From the NCBI RefSeq assembly GCF_032191835.1, contig NC_083227.1, positions 109,120,001-109,184,000 on the forward strand: a stretch of 64,000 bases of DNA, given 5' to 3'. This DNA is from Heteronotia binoei. Taxonomy: Eukaryota. Below the pieces are notes generated by a model. That model ran no database searches. It saw nothing but the letters and a program-made list of their open reading frames with translations, and was not told the origin of the DNA. How positions within the stretch are numbered: position 1 is the stretch's first letter; each line of letters starts with the position of its first letter. The position numbers and the translations under genes are program-made. Positions 62,869-64,000 of this stretch are shown here, piece by piece.

Positions 62869-64000
62869 AATGTCAAACCCAAGAATCCACCACAACCTGA
62901 TACAAGCCAACTCAAGCAAAGAACACAACATTGCAATACCAACAAAACAAATTCCAAAGGACACAGTCAAAGCCAAAACAATGTGGCAAGCTGGTACCAA
63001 GCCCCAGGAAGACACAGAAGCACAGTGATTTTTTTTAAAAAAACAAACAGTTTTTGGAACTGGCTTCCAATACTTCCCATTATTTCTGAATTTTTCTGGG
63101 AGTTTTCAGGACCCATTTCCCAGTATCCCAAAGAATCCTGGAGACCCAAATGTATCCTGAAAATACCAATAAAGTATTTTTCATATGTATATATGGACTG
63201 GATATATGTGAATGCACATCCCTACTGAACCCCTCTTGCCTTGAAATTCCTATAGGGTTGCCATAAGTCAGTTGTGACTTAATGGCACCTTCCATCACCA
63301 TCAACTTAGTTTAAGATTGTACCATTAAGCTATTTGTGTTATACCATTTCATACCCAACATACACCATGAAAACAAGTTCTGTAAAACTGAAAAACCAGT
63401 TTACTTTGGAGACTTCAAAACATTTTGCTCTTTATAACTGTTTGTTATAAATTATTTAAATAGGGTTTACAGATTTGGAAGCATTATAGTGATAAAAACA
63501 AAGGAGTGAAAGATGTTGCTGCCATGCAACCCACTAATCTTGGGTTATCATAAAAGTTGATCCATTGCATAATAATGTATATTTTTGGAGTAAACCTGAA
63601 ATGACTGAATAGGGGGAGGCAGGAATGCAAATACATAAATGTGTATCAGGTAGTGAATTTTTTCTCAAAATTCCAATGCTTGCAGAATTTTCAGATTTCA
63701 AAAGCTAGGTTTGAATAGCAAAATCTGACCACAATTTTCAGACTCCAAATTCAGCAAAGAAACTTTGAAATGTTCCTGTTTTGATGGGCTAATAGTGAAT
63801 CTCCTGCATGCCAACTGTGAAGTCTGGTCAAATATTCATTACTGTATGACACTTTATTGTCAGAAGTGAACCTGACTGCTGCTGTGTATAAAGTATCAGA
63901 AATTTTTTTTTTGTATTTTTGTATTTTTCCCCTAGAATTATAACTTATGTCTGAACTACAGAGGTCACTTCTGGAGAAAATGGCTGCTTTGGAGGATAGA

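Larger units (their letters stand above)
61397..63224. mobile_element. Non-autonomous hAT element (1828 bp)
   Basis: TIRs tagagatgtgca / tgcacatcccta; TSD ctgaacac / ctgaaccc. Confidence 0.82.
61275..63305 (+). mobile_element. 5S-Sauria-like SINE split by a 1.8-kb hAT insertion
   Basis: 5S head at 61275-61396; tail ctcttgccttgaaa...gggttgccataagtcagttgtgacttaatggcac resumes after 63232. Confidence 0.75.

Noticed and set aside
62511-63228. Asn/Gln/Lys/Thr-rich plus-strand ORFs
   Set aside because: They arise from the A/C-skewed interior of a hAT element and run through a MITE; no domain signal.
45502-64000. Search for BSN exon 3 (CGFNPTPH motif); near-match GWNPHTQ at ~49030
   Set aside because: No Cys-rich zinc finger context or splice sites. 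Exon 3 appears to lie beyond the window.
1-64000. CRISPR arrays, rRNA or genuine tRNA/5S genes
   Set aside because: Eukaryotic intronic DNA. The tRNA- and 5S-like stretches are SINE heads fused to LINE-derived tails, not intact genes.

Overview
Vertebrate (squamate, probably gecko, inferred from the SINE/MITE families) genomic DNA lying within the Bassoon (BSN) locus on the minus strand. Seven coding exons matching mammalian exons 4-10 (45058-45501, 25046-31903, 7316-9488, 6077-6960, 5344-5440, 4303-4443, 3496-3536) have canonical GT-AG sites and compatible phases. They join into 10,638 nt, i.e. the C-terminal 3,545 aa plus stop, ending ...AVSAFGKKFTSFW*. Exons 1-3 are not in the window. A probable non-coding exon (3073-3173) and a candidate terminal 3'UTR exon (1883 downward) follow the stop. 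The large introns contain CR1 LINE fragments, tRNA- and 5S-derived SINEs, many hAT MITEs with 8-bp TSDs, Harbinger-like palindromic MITEs and Penelope-like inverted repeats. The best leads are: (1) a TSD-flanked Penelope-type inverted repeat with one minimal hammerhead ribozyme on each strand; (2) a 3.5-kb block bounded by hAT ends and a perfect 8-bp TSD (possible macrotransposon carrying a CpG-island-like segment); (3) a 66-bp templated insertion copied from nearby DNA into a MITE; (4) a 3'UTR-intron layout predicted to make BSN mRNA NMD-sensitive; (5) three RBFOX motifs in the 355-nt intron 6. There are no prokaryotic features. Most other ORFs in the track are shadow or repeat-derived. Repeat family names and comparisons with human BSN are from memory, not from a database search.
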